A stretch of 40,181 nt of DNA from a virus. The stretch lies in the IMG/VR virus record IMGVR_UViG_3300020036_002545; one strand, written 5' to 3'. The notes below the pieces were generated by a model, which was not told the origin of the DNA, searched no databases, and was given only the letters and a program-made list of their open reading frames with translations. Below, in pieces: positions 1-8,108 of the stretch. Both the position numbers and the translations under genes were made by a program. Positions within the stretch are counted from its first letter, which is position 1. Every line of letters begins with the position of its first letter.

Positions 1-121
1 ACGCTTCACATCAAAAAAGTACCAGAAGCACTCAAAGATAAAATATATAGTCATATAAAAGACCGCCGTGGTATGTCACAGTTTGTACGAGAGGCTATGG
101 AGGAGAAATTAGCACGCGATA
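1..121. repeat. Terminal direct repeat copy 1 (circular-closure overlap or short DTR)
   Basis: Bases 1-121 are identical letter for letter to 40061-40181. Confidence 0.95.
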
Positions 122-150
122 TAGCTATGAGAAAAAGCGTAGAAGTATAA
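1..150 (+). CDS. Ribbon-helix-helix (CopG/Arc-like) protein, C-terminal part; continues from 40031 across the junction
   Basis: In frame with ATG 40031. Joined product is MNKKRIELLGTLHIKKVPEALKDKIYSHIKDRRGMSQFVREAMEEKLARDIAMRKSVEV: beta-strand, then two helices (MSQFVREAMEEKL) typical of RHH. TAA at 148-150. Confidence 0.6.
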   Translation, partial: TLHIKKVPEALKDKIYSHIKDRRGMSQFVREAMEEKLARDIAMRKSVEV

Positions 151-151
151 A

Positions 152-439
152 ATGGACGACACAGATTTCTTGATACGCATATGTGGCGTACGTCTAAAAA
201 GTATAAAGTTTTACCATTTTGGTACAGATAAAGATTGTGTAGTACAAGCTCGTGGAATAAAAAACGATAACAACCCAACAGGTAAAGACATTAAGACATA
301 CGGGTGGACACAACTCGAAGCGTTACAGAAAATGGCAAAAGAATTAAACAATACGACTGACTGGATTGTACCGCACTCGACATATACTCCGCCGTTGAAC
401 ATAAAAGGGAAATACAATTATAAAAATAGTAAGAAATAA
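152..439 (+). CDS. Hypothetical protein
   Basis: 95-aa ORF; ATG lies 1 nt after the preceding stop; co-oriented in the packed operon. Confidence 0.5.
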   Translation: MDDTDFLIRICGVRLKSIKFYHFGTDKDCVVQARGIKNDNNPTGKDIKTYGWTQLEALQKMAKELNNTTDWIVPHSTYTPPLNIKGKYNYKNSKK

Positions 440-451
440 TAGAAAAATAAA

Positions 452-823
452 ATGTCACGACCAAAAGTAATCAGTATTGACGGTGTAAATTACATTAAAG
501 AAAGCGATATTAAAACAGCAGCAGAAAAACTCGATGGAATGAAATACGTCATGGTTCGTACACAAAATGCTGGAGTATTCGCTGGTTATCTTAAAGAAAA
601 AGTTGGTGAAGAAGTAACACTTAAAAATGCACGCCGTATGTGGTATTGGTCTGGAGCGGCTTCACTTTCACAGCTTGCTATGGAGGGTACAAAAAAAGTA
701 TCAGATTGTAAGTTCCCATGTGAAGTTACATCTATCGAACTTACACAGGTTATCGAAGTTATTGAATGTACAGAAGAAGCTCGATTGAATATCAAATCAG
801 TCCCAGTTTGGGAACAGAAGTAG
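452..823 (+). CDS. Hypothetical phage protein
   Basis: 123-aa ORF with non-repetitive globular composition (motif RRMWYWSGAASLSQLA); no function recognised. Confidence 0.6.
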   Translation: MSRPKVISIDGVNYIKESDIKTAAEKLDGMKYVMVRTQNAGVFAGYLKEKVGEEVTLKNARRMWYWSGAASLSQLAMEGTKKVSDCKFPCEVTSIELTQVIEVIECTEEARLNIKSVPVWEQK

Positions 824-825
824 AT

Positions 826-1050
<225 letters not shown>

Positions 1051-1077
1051 AATTAGTACGCGATAGTAAGAAGTAAT

Positions 1078-1302
1078 ATGAAAACAACCATTACAAAGAC
1101 AGAATTGTATCAGCTCCAAGGTCTCGCTTTTCTTTCGGACAGAAACTTCAAAGAAGCAACTGCATACCGTGATGGAATGTTGGAAATTCTTCAAATAGAC
1201 AAAAATAAAGATGGTCTAGGAGAAGAAAGAATTTCAGACATTATGTGGGGAGAGGGTAATTTAAAAAAGGCTTTGAAAGATTTAAAAATTAAAATCAAAT
1301 AA
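1078..1302 (+). CDS. Hypothetical protein
   Basis: 74-aa ORF; stop abuts the next ATG (taaATG at 1300-1305). Confidence 0.5.
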   Translation: MKTTITKTELYQLQGLAFLSDRNFKEATAYRDGMLEILQIDKNKDGLGEERISDIMWGEGNLKKALKDLKIKIK

Positions 1303-1743
1303 ATGTCTCTATTAAATTACACAACAAATATAAGTCCCGATAAGACTTGCGGAGAAATCAGCAAAATACTTTCTTCACATGGTGCTATGAAGCTAATGAC
1401 TGATTTTGACGAGGTAAACGGTCTTGTATCAGCAATTAGTTTTCAGATACGCATGGCTGACGGTAGATTGGCTTGTTTTAGACTTCCATCAGATTGGAGA
1501 CCTGTATTGACGATATTGCAAAACGACAAAAAAGTTCCGCGCACTAAACAGACACAAGAACAAGCAGTAAAAGTATCGTGGCGCATCATTAAAGACTGGG
1601 TTGAAGCACAGATGGCACTCGTTGAAACTCAAATGGTAAAAGCAGAAGAAGTTTTTATGCCTTATATGGTTATGAAAAATGGAAAGACATTAGCAGAAAA
1701 TGTGCAAAGTGACCCAACATTTTTACTAGGTAGTGGTAACTAA
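1303..1743 (+). CDS. Hypothetical protein
   Basis: 146-aa ORF in the early operon. Confidence 0.6.
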   Translation: MSLLNYTTNISPDKTCGEISKILSSHGAMKLMTDFDEVNGLVSAISFQIRMADGRLACFRLPSDWRPVLTILQNDKKVPRTKQTQEQAVKVSWRIIKDWVEAQMALVETQMVKAEEVFMPYMVMKNGKTLAENVQSDPTFLLGSGN

Positions 1744-1748
1744 CTAAC

Positions 1749-1952
1749 ATGACAAACAAAACTCAACTGGAGTGGGTTCGTTCCGAACTAGTTCGCAAAG
1801 GCAAAGTATCGCGCAACAAAGCAATTCGTGAACAGTATCTAACACGTTTGTCGACATATATCTATCAGCTCCGCTCCGAGGGCATGAACATCGAGGGAAA
1901 GCGTGTAGAGGAAAAGGGAGGGGTGAATTATTACTACTACTTGGTACAGTAA
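1749..1952 (+). CDS. Putative winged-helix DNA-binding protein
   Basis: 67 aa. Segment YLTRLSTYIYQLRSEGMNIEGKRV resembles the recognition helix plus wing of small phage wHTH proteins. Confidence 0.4.
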   Translation: MTNKTQLEWVRSELVRKGKVSRNKAIREQYLTRLSTYIYQLRSEGMNIEGKRVEEKGGVNYYYYLVQ

Positions 1953-2074
1953 TGCGAGAATTAAAAAAATTACGCGACGATATGGTAGAAGCTCGCCGTA
2001 ATCGAGATTATGTAAAAGCAGACAAGATTAAGCATCAAATAAAAGTCTTAAAGCATAGACTACAAATGGAATGA
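1952..2074 (+). CDS. Small basic helical protein (40 aa)
   Basis: Not in the ORF track (<60 aa). TAATG overlap upstream and ATGA overlap downstream suggest translational coupling. Product MRELKKLRDDMVEARRNRDYVKADKIKHQIKVLKHRLQME. Confidence 0.35.
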   Translation: MRELKKLRDDMVEARRNRDYVKADKIKHQIKVLKHRLQME

Positions 2075-2715
2075 AAATACTAAATCTCTATGCAAACATA
2101 GGAGGAAATAGAAAACTATGGGGAGATGAGCACGAAATCACTGCTGTTGAAATAGACCCTAACGTGGCACTAATTTATAAAGACTTTTGGCCGCGCGATA
2201 CTATGGTTATAGGAGATGCTCACCAGTATCTACAAGAGCATTACCAGGAGTTTGATTTTATTTGGTCTTCGCCTCCATGCCCAACACACAGTCAAGTAGG
2301 GAGACTTAGAGCATTCAACGAACACAACAAAGCTACAGGTCAATGGAGCGCGGCTAAATACCCAGATATGAAGTTGTATGAGGAAATACTATTCCTACAA
2401 GGCTACTTCAAAGGTAAATGGTGTGTTGAGAATGTTATCGCTTGGTATCCACCTCTAATCCCTTGCGTTGAAATGAGTGGTCATCGTCTATGGACTAATT
2501 TTATTCTTACCCAATTTAATGCCGGCCCTAGAAACATCACTACAAAAGGAGGAAACGATGCAAAAATCAGAGCTGAGAAGTTAGGGTTTGATTTATCAAA
2601 GTACAAAGGGATAGATAAAAGACTTGCATTGAGAGATTGTACCGAACCAGAGCTGGGAAAGCACATACTCGACCTTGCTATAAATCCTATAGAAATTCAA
2701 AAATCTATCTTCTAA
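2071..2715 (+). CDS. Compact C5-cytosine DNA methyltransferase-like protein
   Basis: Motif I-like LYANIGGN, motif IV SSPPCPTHS (catalytic Pro-Cys), motif VI CVENV. Only 214 aa, so no large target-recognition domain. Confidence 0.6.
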   Translation: MKILNLYANIGGNRKLWGDEHEITAVEIDPNVALIYKDFWPRDTMVIGDAHQYLQEHYQEFDFIWSSPPCPTHSQVGRLRAFNEHNKATGQWSAAKYPDMKLYEEILFLQGYFKGKWCVENVIAWYPPLIPCVEMSGHRLWTNFILTQFNAGPRNITTKGGNDAKIRAEKLGFDLSKYKGIDKRLALRDCTEPELGKHILDLAINPIEIQKSIF

Positions 2716-2716
2716 T

Positions 2717-2902
2717 ATGGCTAAACAATTCATGGGCATAAAAAAAAATAAAACAAGTAAACGTTTCCCTAATTACGAAAAGATAGATACAGATAATGTT
2801 GTAACTTTCGGAACAAACGTATGGATTAGAAAAGACAAAAAAGCACTAATTATTGTTTTTCCAGCAGGGCAAGAACTACATTTTAGTCCTGAAATAGAAT
2901 GA
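2717..2902 (+). CDS. Hypothetical protein
   Basis: 61-aa ORF; ATGA overlap with the next gene. Confidence 0.45.
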   Translation: MAKQFMGIKKNKTSKRFPNYEKIDTDNVVTFGTNVWIRKDKKALIIVFPAGQELHFSPEIE

Positions 2903-3321
2903 AACACCCACTATTCGTATTCACAGCTAAAGACGGTAAGCCTGTACTAGCTCCACTAAGCGATATACGCTTCCGTCAGCACTTGCGAGAAAACGAGGGC
3001 AAGGAATATGAGATACACATACGCTCTAAGAAGCGCACAAACAGTCAAAATGCGCTCCTGTGGTTATACCTAAGTGTGATTTCAAAAGAAACTGGGAACT
3101 CGGAAAATGACTTACATGAGTATTTCCGTCGCAAACATCTACCTCCGCAGTTTGTAACCGTGCTAGGAAAAGAAGTTAAGTTCCCACACAGCACAACAGA
3201 TTTAAACCGCGTAGAGTTTAGTGATTACATGGAGCGCATTTGTGCAGAAACTGGCATATCTATCCCCGACACAGAGGCATGGAAAGAGTATCGAGACAGT
3301 GCGCCATTACTTAATGAATAG
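2899..3321 (+). CDS. NinB/Orf-like recombination mediator
   Basis: KKRTNSQNALLWLYLSVISKETG matches the S-x-Q-N-x-x-x-H/W core of lambda NinB-type proteins; 140 aa. Confidence 0.5.
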   Translation: MKHPLFVFTAKDGKPVLAPLSDIRFRQHLRENEGKEYEIHIRSKKRTNSQNALLWLYLSVISKETGNSENDLHEYFRRKHLPPQFVTVLGKEVKFPHSTTDLNRVEFSDYMERICAETGISIPDTEAWKEYRDSAPLLNE

Positions 3322-3324
3322 ATT

Positions 3325-3561
3325 ATGGATATATACGCTAAAAAAGGGCATAAAGTACGTTTTACTGGTAAAGGTGGATACGAAATGGAAAATAAGTATG
3401 CTAATTCTATTTTAGAACCTAATAAAATCTATACAGTAAATCATACAGAAGTAGGACAATCTTATACCTCTGTGTATCTAGAAGAAATAGAACTTGTCAG
3501 AATGAACGGAGAAAAAGATTTAGAAAGTTTTAATTCAGTAATGTTTGAAGATGTGGTATAA
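3325..3561 (+). CDS. Hypothetical protein
   Basis: 78-aa ORF. Confidence 0.5.
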   Translation: MDIYAKKGHKVRFTGKGGYEMENKYANSILEPNKIYTVNHTEVGQSYTSVYLEEIELVRMNGEKDLESFNSVMFEDVV

Positions 3562-3570
3562 TCATAGTAG

Positions 3571-4062
3571 ATGACGAAACAAGTCTCGGCATACATAAAA
3601 GCAAATATACCGTACTACGGTAAGATAAAAACAAAGAGCCGATACTCTGGTGTAAAAGCTAAAGCATGGGCAATTATATCTGACTATGTACGTTGTAGAG
3701 ACTTCTACAAATACGGGACTTGTGTATCGTCTGGCACTCGCATAAAACACTGGAAAGACGGAGATGGTGGTCACTATATCTCAATGAGTGGACACGGGGC
3801 ATACATAGGCTTCCACGACATGAACGTCCACCTACAAGGAGCAAACGAAAACCGTCAGTCCTCTGCTCACAGTGGCGCATACTACAGGGACGAACTCGTG
3901 CGACGATACGGTAAAGAACTTCTAAAAGAACTCGACGCGGCGAAAAACAAAATAGTAAAAGCCGACGATTGGTACTTTATAGAACGCATTGAAGACATCT
4001 ACAAAAAGTTTCAATTACTAAAACAACAGTTTCCTAACGGAGACTACCCAGATTACATATGA
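3571..4062 (+). CDS. NinG/Rap-like protein
   Basis: AWAIISDYVRCRDFYKYGTCVSSGTRIKHWKDGDGGHYIS...MNVHLQ follows the lambda NinG pattern (W..FS.YIR.RD...C..CG....W...DAGH.I......N.H.QC). Several Zn-ligand Cys positions are replaced. Confidence 0.5.
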   Translation: MTKQVSAYIKANIPYYGKIKTKSRYSGVKAKAWAIISDYVRCRDFYKYGTCVSSGTRIKHWKDGDGGHYISMSGHGAYIGFHDMNVHLQGANENRQSSAHSGAYYRDELVRRYGKELLKELDAAKNKIVKADDWYFIERIEDIYKKFQLLKQQFPNGDYPDYI

Positions 4063-4229
4063 AAGAAGAACACAAACACGATTGGTATGTAATAACTAGT
4101 ATTCACGGTCAGAAATGGGATGATTTTATGAGATACAGAGGTAATGAAGAAGATAGACCAATCACTCTCTTTATAAAATCACAGACACTGATTTGTAATT
4201 TGTGCCAACTGATTAAAGAAATCGAGTAA
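4059..4229 (+). CDS. Hypothetical small protein (56 aa)
   Basis: ATGA overlap with the preceding stop; fills an otherwise empty 170-nt gap. Confidence 0.4.
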   Translation: MKEEHKHDWYVITSIHGQKWDDFMRYRGNEEDRPITLFIKSQTLICNLCQLIKEIE

Positions 4230-4232
4230 CAT

Positions 4233-4616
4233 ATGAAAATCACATTCAAAAAAGTAAACGAGCTTCTACAGCTCACAGGCAACTACATAGCTAGAAACCC
4301 AAACACAAAGCTCACCTACGCCATGAAGAAAGTCTACAAAGACAGTCTGGCTAAACCACTCGACACATTCAAAGAAGCAGTAGAAGACCTACGCATAGAC
4401 AACTGCCTCACAGACGAAAAGACAGGCGCAATTCTAAAGGACGATAAAGGACAGTATCAGTACACAAAGGAGGGAACAAAGGCGTTTAAAGTAGCGGCTA
4501 AGGCACTACAGGAAAAGTGGGACGAAAAGGAAATCGAAGTCACACCATTTATAGTAAAAGAAATCCCCGAGCTATCACAGGAAGAAATCGAAGCGTTTAC
4601 AGGGATATTCATATAG
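4233..4616 (+). CDS. Hypothetical protein
   Basis: 127-aa ORF preceded by the TAACATATG junction. Confidence 0.6.
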   Translation: MKITFKKVNELLQLTGNYIARNPNTKLTYAMKKVYKDSLAKPLDTFKEAVEDLRIDNCLTDEKTGAILKDDKGQYQYTKEGTKAFKVAAKALQEKWDEKEIEVTPFIVKEIPELSQEEIEAFTGIFI

Positions 4617-4623
4617 GACACAA

Positions 4624-4648
4624 GCACCGTCATTTAGGCGGTGTTTTG
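4624..4648 (+). terminator. Rho-independent terminator
   Basis: gcaccg-(9 nt)-cggtgt hairpin followed by TTTTG. Confidence 0.5.
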
Positions 4649-4657
4649 TTATCCACA
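4649..4657 (+). promoter_or_regulatory. Perfect DnaA box TTATCCACA (extended GTTATCCACAG), followed by promoter TTGCGT-N16-TAAAGT (4676-4703)
   Basis: Exact 9-mer. The -10 element ends 7 nt before ATG 4710, so the transcript could be leaderless. Confidence 0.6.
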
Positions 4658-4709
4658 GTTTGATAAATTTTACACTTGCGTAAAGTTATCTATATGATAA
4701 AGTGTATAT

Positions 4710-4919
4710 ATGAAAGCAACGATAAACGGAGTTTCAAAAGGTGACAAATTCAAGTATCGAAAAAACGGAACATTTGAAGTTGTTTCAGTTTGTCATGTAA
4801 TAGACGCAGAAACTGGAGAAATTATCGACAGAAAATGTTATGCAAGGGGAATTGATACTCTCGCTAAAAATGTATTTGAAATTCCTTTTTCAACAGTCGC
4901 TCTTAACAAGATTAAATAA
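4710..4919 (+). CDS. Hypothetical protein
   Basis: 69-aa ORF; first gene after the terminator/box/promoter. Confidence 0.5.
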   Translation: MKATINGVSKGDKFKYRKNGTFEVVSVCHVIDAETGEIIDRKCYARGIDTLAKNVFEIPFSTVALNKIK

Positions 4920-4921
4920 AT

Positions 4922-5083
4922 ATGAAAATTAGCATCTCAAAATCAACAGACAAAATAATCGGCGCACTTCGAGTAACTAACCGTGTGTACGACAAGGTAG
5001 AAAAAATAGCCAAAAAGGAAAAAGTAAGCAAGCAAGAAGTTATCCGTGCAATTCTTGACCAAGTAATAGACACTATCGAATAG
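4922..5083 (+). CDS. Ribbon-helix-helix protein (53 aa)
   Basis: MKISISKSTDKIIGALRVTNRVYDKVEKIAKKEKVSKQEVIRAILDQVIDTIE: beta-strand plus two helices, with the VSKQEVIRAIL motif. Not in the track (<60 aa). Confidence 0.45.
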   Translation: MKISISKSTDKIIGALRVTNRVYDKVEKIAKKEKVSKQEVIRAILDQVIDTIE

Positions 5084-5119
5084 CTAGAGAATTAAAACGT
5101 GCGAGTAATAAGAAATAAC

Positions 5120-5263
5120 ATGACCCACACTATCCTCTCAATCATCTCACTAGTCTTCTTTGCCAGTCTTATAGTCTACGGAATATACAAGTACAGTATC
5201 GGCTGGATATTTATTGGCTATACCTGTTTTATTATCAGTGTGCTATTAGCGGTTATTAAATAA
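5120..5263 (+). CDS. Small two-TM membrane protein (47 aa)
   Basis: MTHTILSIISLVFFASLIVYGIYKYSIGWIFIGYTCFIISVLLAVIK has two hydrophobic spans. Confidence 0.4.
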   Translation: MTHTILSIISLVFFASLIVYGIYKYSIGWIFIGYTCFIISVLLAVIK

Positions 5264-5268
5264 CATTT

Positions 5269-5895
5269 ATGAAAACACTTAAAGTCACAGCAAAAGACAT
5301 CAAGAAATCAGACTCATACTGGTCAGACTACATTGGAACAACAGACGTATCAAACTACGATGGTCATATTGAAATCGACGGCAATCTCGGGTATGTAAAG
5401 TTTTTATCTATTAAAGCAACAGGTCACATCTGGGCAGAGGCTGGTTCGGGTATCAAGGCTGGTTGGGGTATCGAGGCTGGTGAGGGTATCGAGGCTGGTT
5501 CGGGTATCGAGGCTGGTTGGGGTATCGAGGCTGGTGAGGGTATCGAGGCTGGTTCGGGTATCGAGGCTGGTTGGGGTATCGAGGCTGGTGAGGGTATCGA
5601 GGCTGGTTGGGGTATCGAGGCTGGTTGGGGTATCGAGGCTGGTGAGGGTATCTTTTCACTTTACTCATATGTAAAAGCAAAACTCGCAATCTCATTCAAC
5701 GCAAAGTGTACTCTTTCTGCTGGTATATTCTCTACGAGTGGCGAAAAAGAAATCGAAGCACAGGAAATTATCGGCGGAAAAGTAATCTACGGAAAAGTCA
5801 CCCTGCTTCCTAAAGAAGAAGTAAAGCCATCACTCGCAGGAAAAGAAGTGTCAGTAACTCTCGACGGTGTAACTTATAAGGCAGTTATTCAGTAG
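5269..5895 (+). CDS. Hexapeptide-repeat (left-handed beta-helix-like) protein
   Basis: 12 consecutive hexapeptides G-I-E-A-G-x, flanked by non-repetitive N- and C-terminal domains. Confidence 0.7.
   Translation: MKTLKVTAKDIKKSDSYWSDYIGTTDVSNYDGHIEIDGNLGYVKFLSIKATGHIWAEAGSGIKAGWGIEAGEGIEAGSGIEAGWGIEAGEGIEAGSGIEAGWGIEAGEGIEAGWGIEAGWGIEAGEGIFSLYSYVKAKLAISFNAKCTLSAGIFSTSGEKEIEAQEIIGGKVIYGKVTLLPKEEVKPSLAGKEVSVTLDGVTYKAVIQ
5437..5652. repeat. 12 x 18-bp tandem repeat (ggtatcgaggctggtNNN), coding
   Basis: The unit repeats with only the last codon changing (tcg/tgg/gag). There is a 54-bp super-period for the first 9 units. Confidence 0.95.
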
Positions 5896-5907
5896 CGTTT
5901 ATGTAAT

Positions 5908-6030
5908 ATGAAAATACTCAAAAACATGCTTGAAGTGGTGCTGGTGCTATCGGTTGCACTGTGCCTGTCTGTCGCAGTTGCGTTGGTTTTTCAGTGGGTC
6001 GACAGAATTAGCGGTGTCTGCATTAAGTAG
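5908..6030 (+). CDS. Small single-TM membrane protein (40 aa)
   Basis: MKILKNMLEVVLVLSVALCLSVAVALVFQWVDRISGVCIK. Confidence 0.35.
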   Translation: MKILKNMLEVVLVLSVALCLSVAVALVFQWVDRISGVCIK

Positions 6031-6033
6031 CCT

Positions 6034-6378
6034 ATGACAACAAACAAAGACCTACGAGAGAAGTGGAAGAAAGCCTGTGACCATAGAATATATGCAAAGG
6101 ACACGCGTGACATACTAGATGTAGATGGTACATGTCCGCTTAAACCAGAGGAATATCCAGAAAGCAGATATGAAATAGACGCAGACAGAGCTGCCGACTG
6201 GTTTATCGCCGAACGCAACGCTCTACTGGAGGAGATACGAAAGAAAGTAGATGGTATGCAGTTTATATCGGACGGAGATAGATGCCAATTTAGTATGCAT
6301 ATAGATGGGTACAATCAAGCACTAGAGGAAGTCCTCGCCATCATCTCCTCCCACATTACAAATAACGATACGAAGTAG
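6034..6378 (+). CDS. Hypothetical protein
   Basis: 114-aa ORF. Confidence 0.55.
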   Translation: MTTNKDLREKWKKACDHRIYAKDTRDILDVDGTCPLKPEEYPESRYEIDADRAADWFIAERNALLEEIRKKVDGMQFISDGDRCQFSMHIDGYNQALEEVLAIISSHITNNDTK

Positions 6379-6381
6379 GGT

Positions 6382-6480
6382 ATGCTCAATTCATCAAAAA
6401 TATACAGAAACTTCCCCGTTATAGCGTTTGTAGTCGCGTTTGTAGTAATAGGATTTTGTGTTCTTACAGGAAGTAACTAA
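6382..6480 (+). CDS. Small single-TM membrane protein (32 aa)
   Basis: MLNSSKIYRNFPVIAFVVAFVVIGFCVLTGSN; TAATG overlap with the next ORF. Confidence 0.3.
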   Translation: MLNSSKIYRNFPVIAFVVAFVVIGFCVLTGSN

Positions 6481-6680
6481 TGGATAAATCAGATGAATGC
6501 GGAGTAATGGTACACACCCGAGGGGAAGCAATGGGATTTCCAGCAGGGAGTGGTGCGGTGTACTGTGCGAATCCGAAGCCTTGTAAAATGCACTGTCAAA
6601 ATTGTATTGAATGTGGTGAACTAGTTTCAGAAGAAAACAAGGCAAAAAATTGTCACGATTACTGTAGACTTGAATTATAA
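6480..6680 (+). CDS. Cys-rich small protein
   Basis: 66 aa with 8 Cys, including CKMHCQNCIEC. Confidence 0.45.
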   Translation: MDKSDECGVMVHTRGEAMGFPAGSGAVYCANPKPCKMHCQNCIECGELVSEENKAKNCHDYCRLEL

Positions 6681-6799
6681 ACATGAACCTCAACTCAACG
6701 ACTAATAAGATGGGGATTACTATAGACACAAAAAACAAAAGTATGGTAAAATAAATATGATTATTACTAATCATAAATCCATAAAAATGGAAATGACAT

Positions 6800-7036
6800 A
6801 TGCAACCTATTAAACTTTCAGACGGTTCAGAACTCGTACCACTAGAGCAAGCAGATAAAGAAGCACTCGAAGCAGAACTCAAAGTAGTTTTGGATAAATA
6901 CAACGCTGCCTACCTTCCAGCTCTTAAAGAAGAAGAAACAATAACGTCTAAGACAACAACAGCCGCACTATTTCTTTTAAAGAAAGTGCCAGCACAACCT
7001 CATGGAGAAACCACAGAAACTCCCCAAGCTGACTAA
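6800..7036 (+). CDS. Hypothetical protein
   Basis: 78-aa ORF; overlaps the TerS start by 35 nt. Confidence 0.4.
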   Translation: MQPIKLSDGSELVPLEQADKEALEAELKVVLDKYNAAYLPALKEEETITSKTTTAALFLLKKVPAQPHGETTETPQAD

Positions 7037-7520
7037 GAAACAGAAAGGATTTGTAAAGGACTATATAGCGACTGGAAACGGTGTTCAATCAGCTTTAAAC
7101 AACTACGATACAGACGATTACAGTACAGCAGGTAATATAGCGAGTGATAACCTAAACAAACCTAAAATACAAAAAGCTATTTTGTCAATAGCTGAACAGA
7201 TACCAGATGAGCATTTAGTACGAGTTCACATTGAGGGTTTGAACGCTTCTAAGACAATAAAAACTGCTGACGATGGTACAGACATAGTTGAACCAGATTA
7301 CGCTGTTAGACATAAGTATTTAGATAGCGCGTATAAAATCAAAAGACTCTACGGAACTGAAGAACTTGAGAAACCAAAAGAAAACGTCTACAACTTCTTC
7401 TTTGAACCTAAATTCCAGCAAAATATACGGTCGTATGATGAAAACCTTAAAAACTTAATTCTCAACAAGGATGCTCAAGAAACTAAAGAGACTACGCACA
7501 TTGTGGACACTAGCGGATAA
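7002..7520 (+). CDS. terS: Terminase small subunit
   Basis: LTKKQKGFVKDYIATGNGVQSALNNY...NLNKPKIQKAI matches the Terminase_2-type N-terminal HTH pattern (LT.KQ..F..EY...GN...AA). Confidence 0.65.
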   Translation: MEKPQKLPKLTKKQKGFVKDYIATGNGVQSALNNYDTDDYSTAGNIASDNLNKPKIQKAILSIAEQIPDEHLVRVHIEGLNASKTIKTADDGTDIVEPDYAVRHKYLDSAYKIKRLYGTEELEKPKENVYNFFFEPKFQQNIRSYDENLKNLILNKDAQETKETTHIVDTSG

Positions 7521-7704
7521 AGACCCTGAATACTTAAAGGCTATAGAGAATCTGACTAAGGAAGACATCACATCTATTCCTAGTGGAAACGGCAAAGCAA
7601 CCTTTATTCCCTTGATGTCTGAATCACAGCGCGACCAGTATCTACACGACCAGCAACCAGTATGGAAGAAGTTTAACGAGCGTTTAAAGGAGATAATGAA
7701 ATGA
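7471..7704 (+). CDS. Hypothetical protein
   Basis: 77-aa ORF overlapping TerS by 50 nt; the true start may be an internal TTG near 7501. Confidence 0.4.
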   Translation: MLKKLKRLRTLWTLADKDPEYLKAIENLTKEDITSIPSGNGKATFIPLMSESQRDQYLHDQQPVWKKFNERLKEIMK

Positions 7705-8108
7705 TTGACTACTCAGAAACTCACCCAGATTTCCTACGCCTACAAAACAAGCTAGAGAAAGTATGGGAAGAACGAGACACACAAGCTCAACGTGAAGCCG
7801 TAAAGAATGAGTTAGAAGTAAACGAGGATATTCCAGCTCAAATCTTCTACTGTAAACGATGTAAGCAAGACTATTTCCCTCGCCGTATCGTAAAGGTAGA
7901 ACAGCAAGACTGGAACACTCACGGTACGTTCCGCTTCTGGCGTTCAAAGCATTGTGGTATATGGAATGTTAGACTGATTACCCAGAAGATTAAAGACCCG
8001 TTTTTCATTAAAAGCCCGTCTGTAATTCGAGACAGACGTTTACACAAGCTGGATATGTTGCAACCAACAGAAACTGGCTTTGATATGCTCTACAAAAAGA
8101 ATGTATAA
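7701..8108 (+). CDS. Hypothetical protein with CxxC pair
   Basis: 135 aa; FYCKRCKQ...HCGIWN; ATGA overlap upstream. Confidence 0.5.
   Translation: MIDYSETHPDFLRLQNKLEKVWEERDTQAQREAVKNELEVNEDIPAQIFYCKRCKQDYFPRRIVKVEQQDWNTHGTFRFWRSKHCGIWNVRLITQKIKDPFFIKSPSVIRDRRLHKLDMLQPTETGFDMLYKKNV

Noticed and set aside
5437-5652. Possible CRISPR array or non-coding VNTR (regular 18-bp repeats here; 6-bp repeats at 862..1046)
   Set aside because: - The units are contiguous with no spacers.
- The period is a multiple of 3.
- The arrays sit in frame inside ORFs that have normal flanking domains.
- They are coding tandem repeats.
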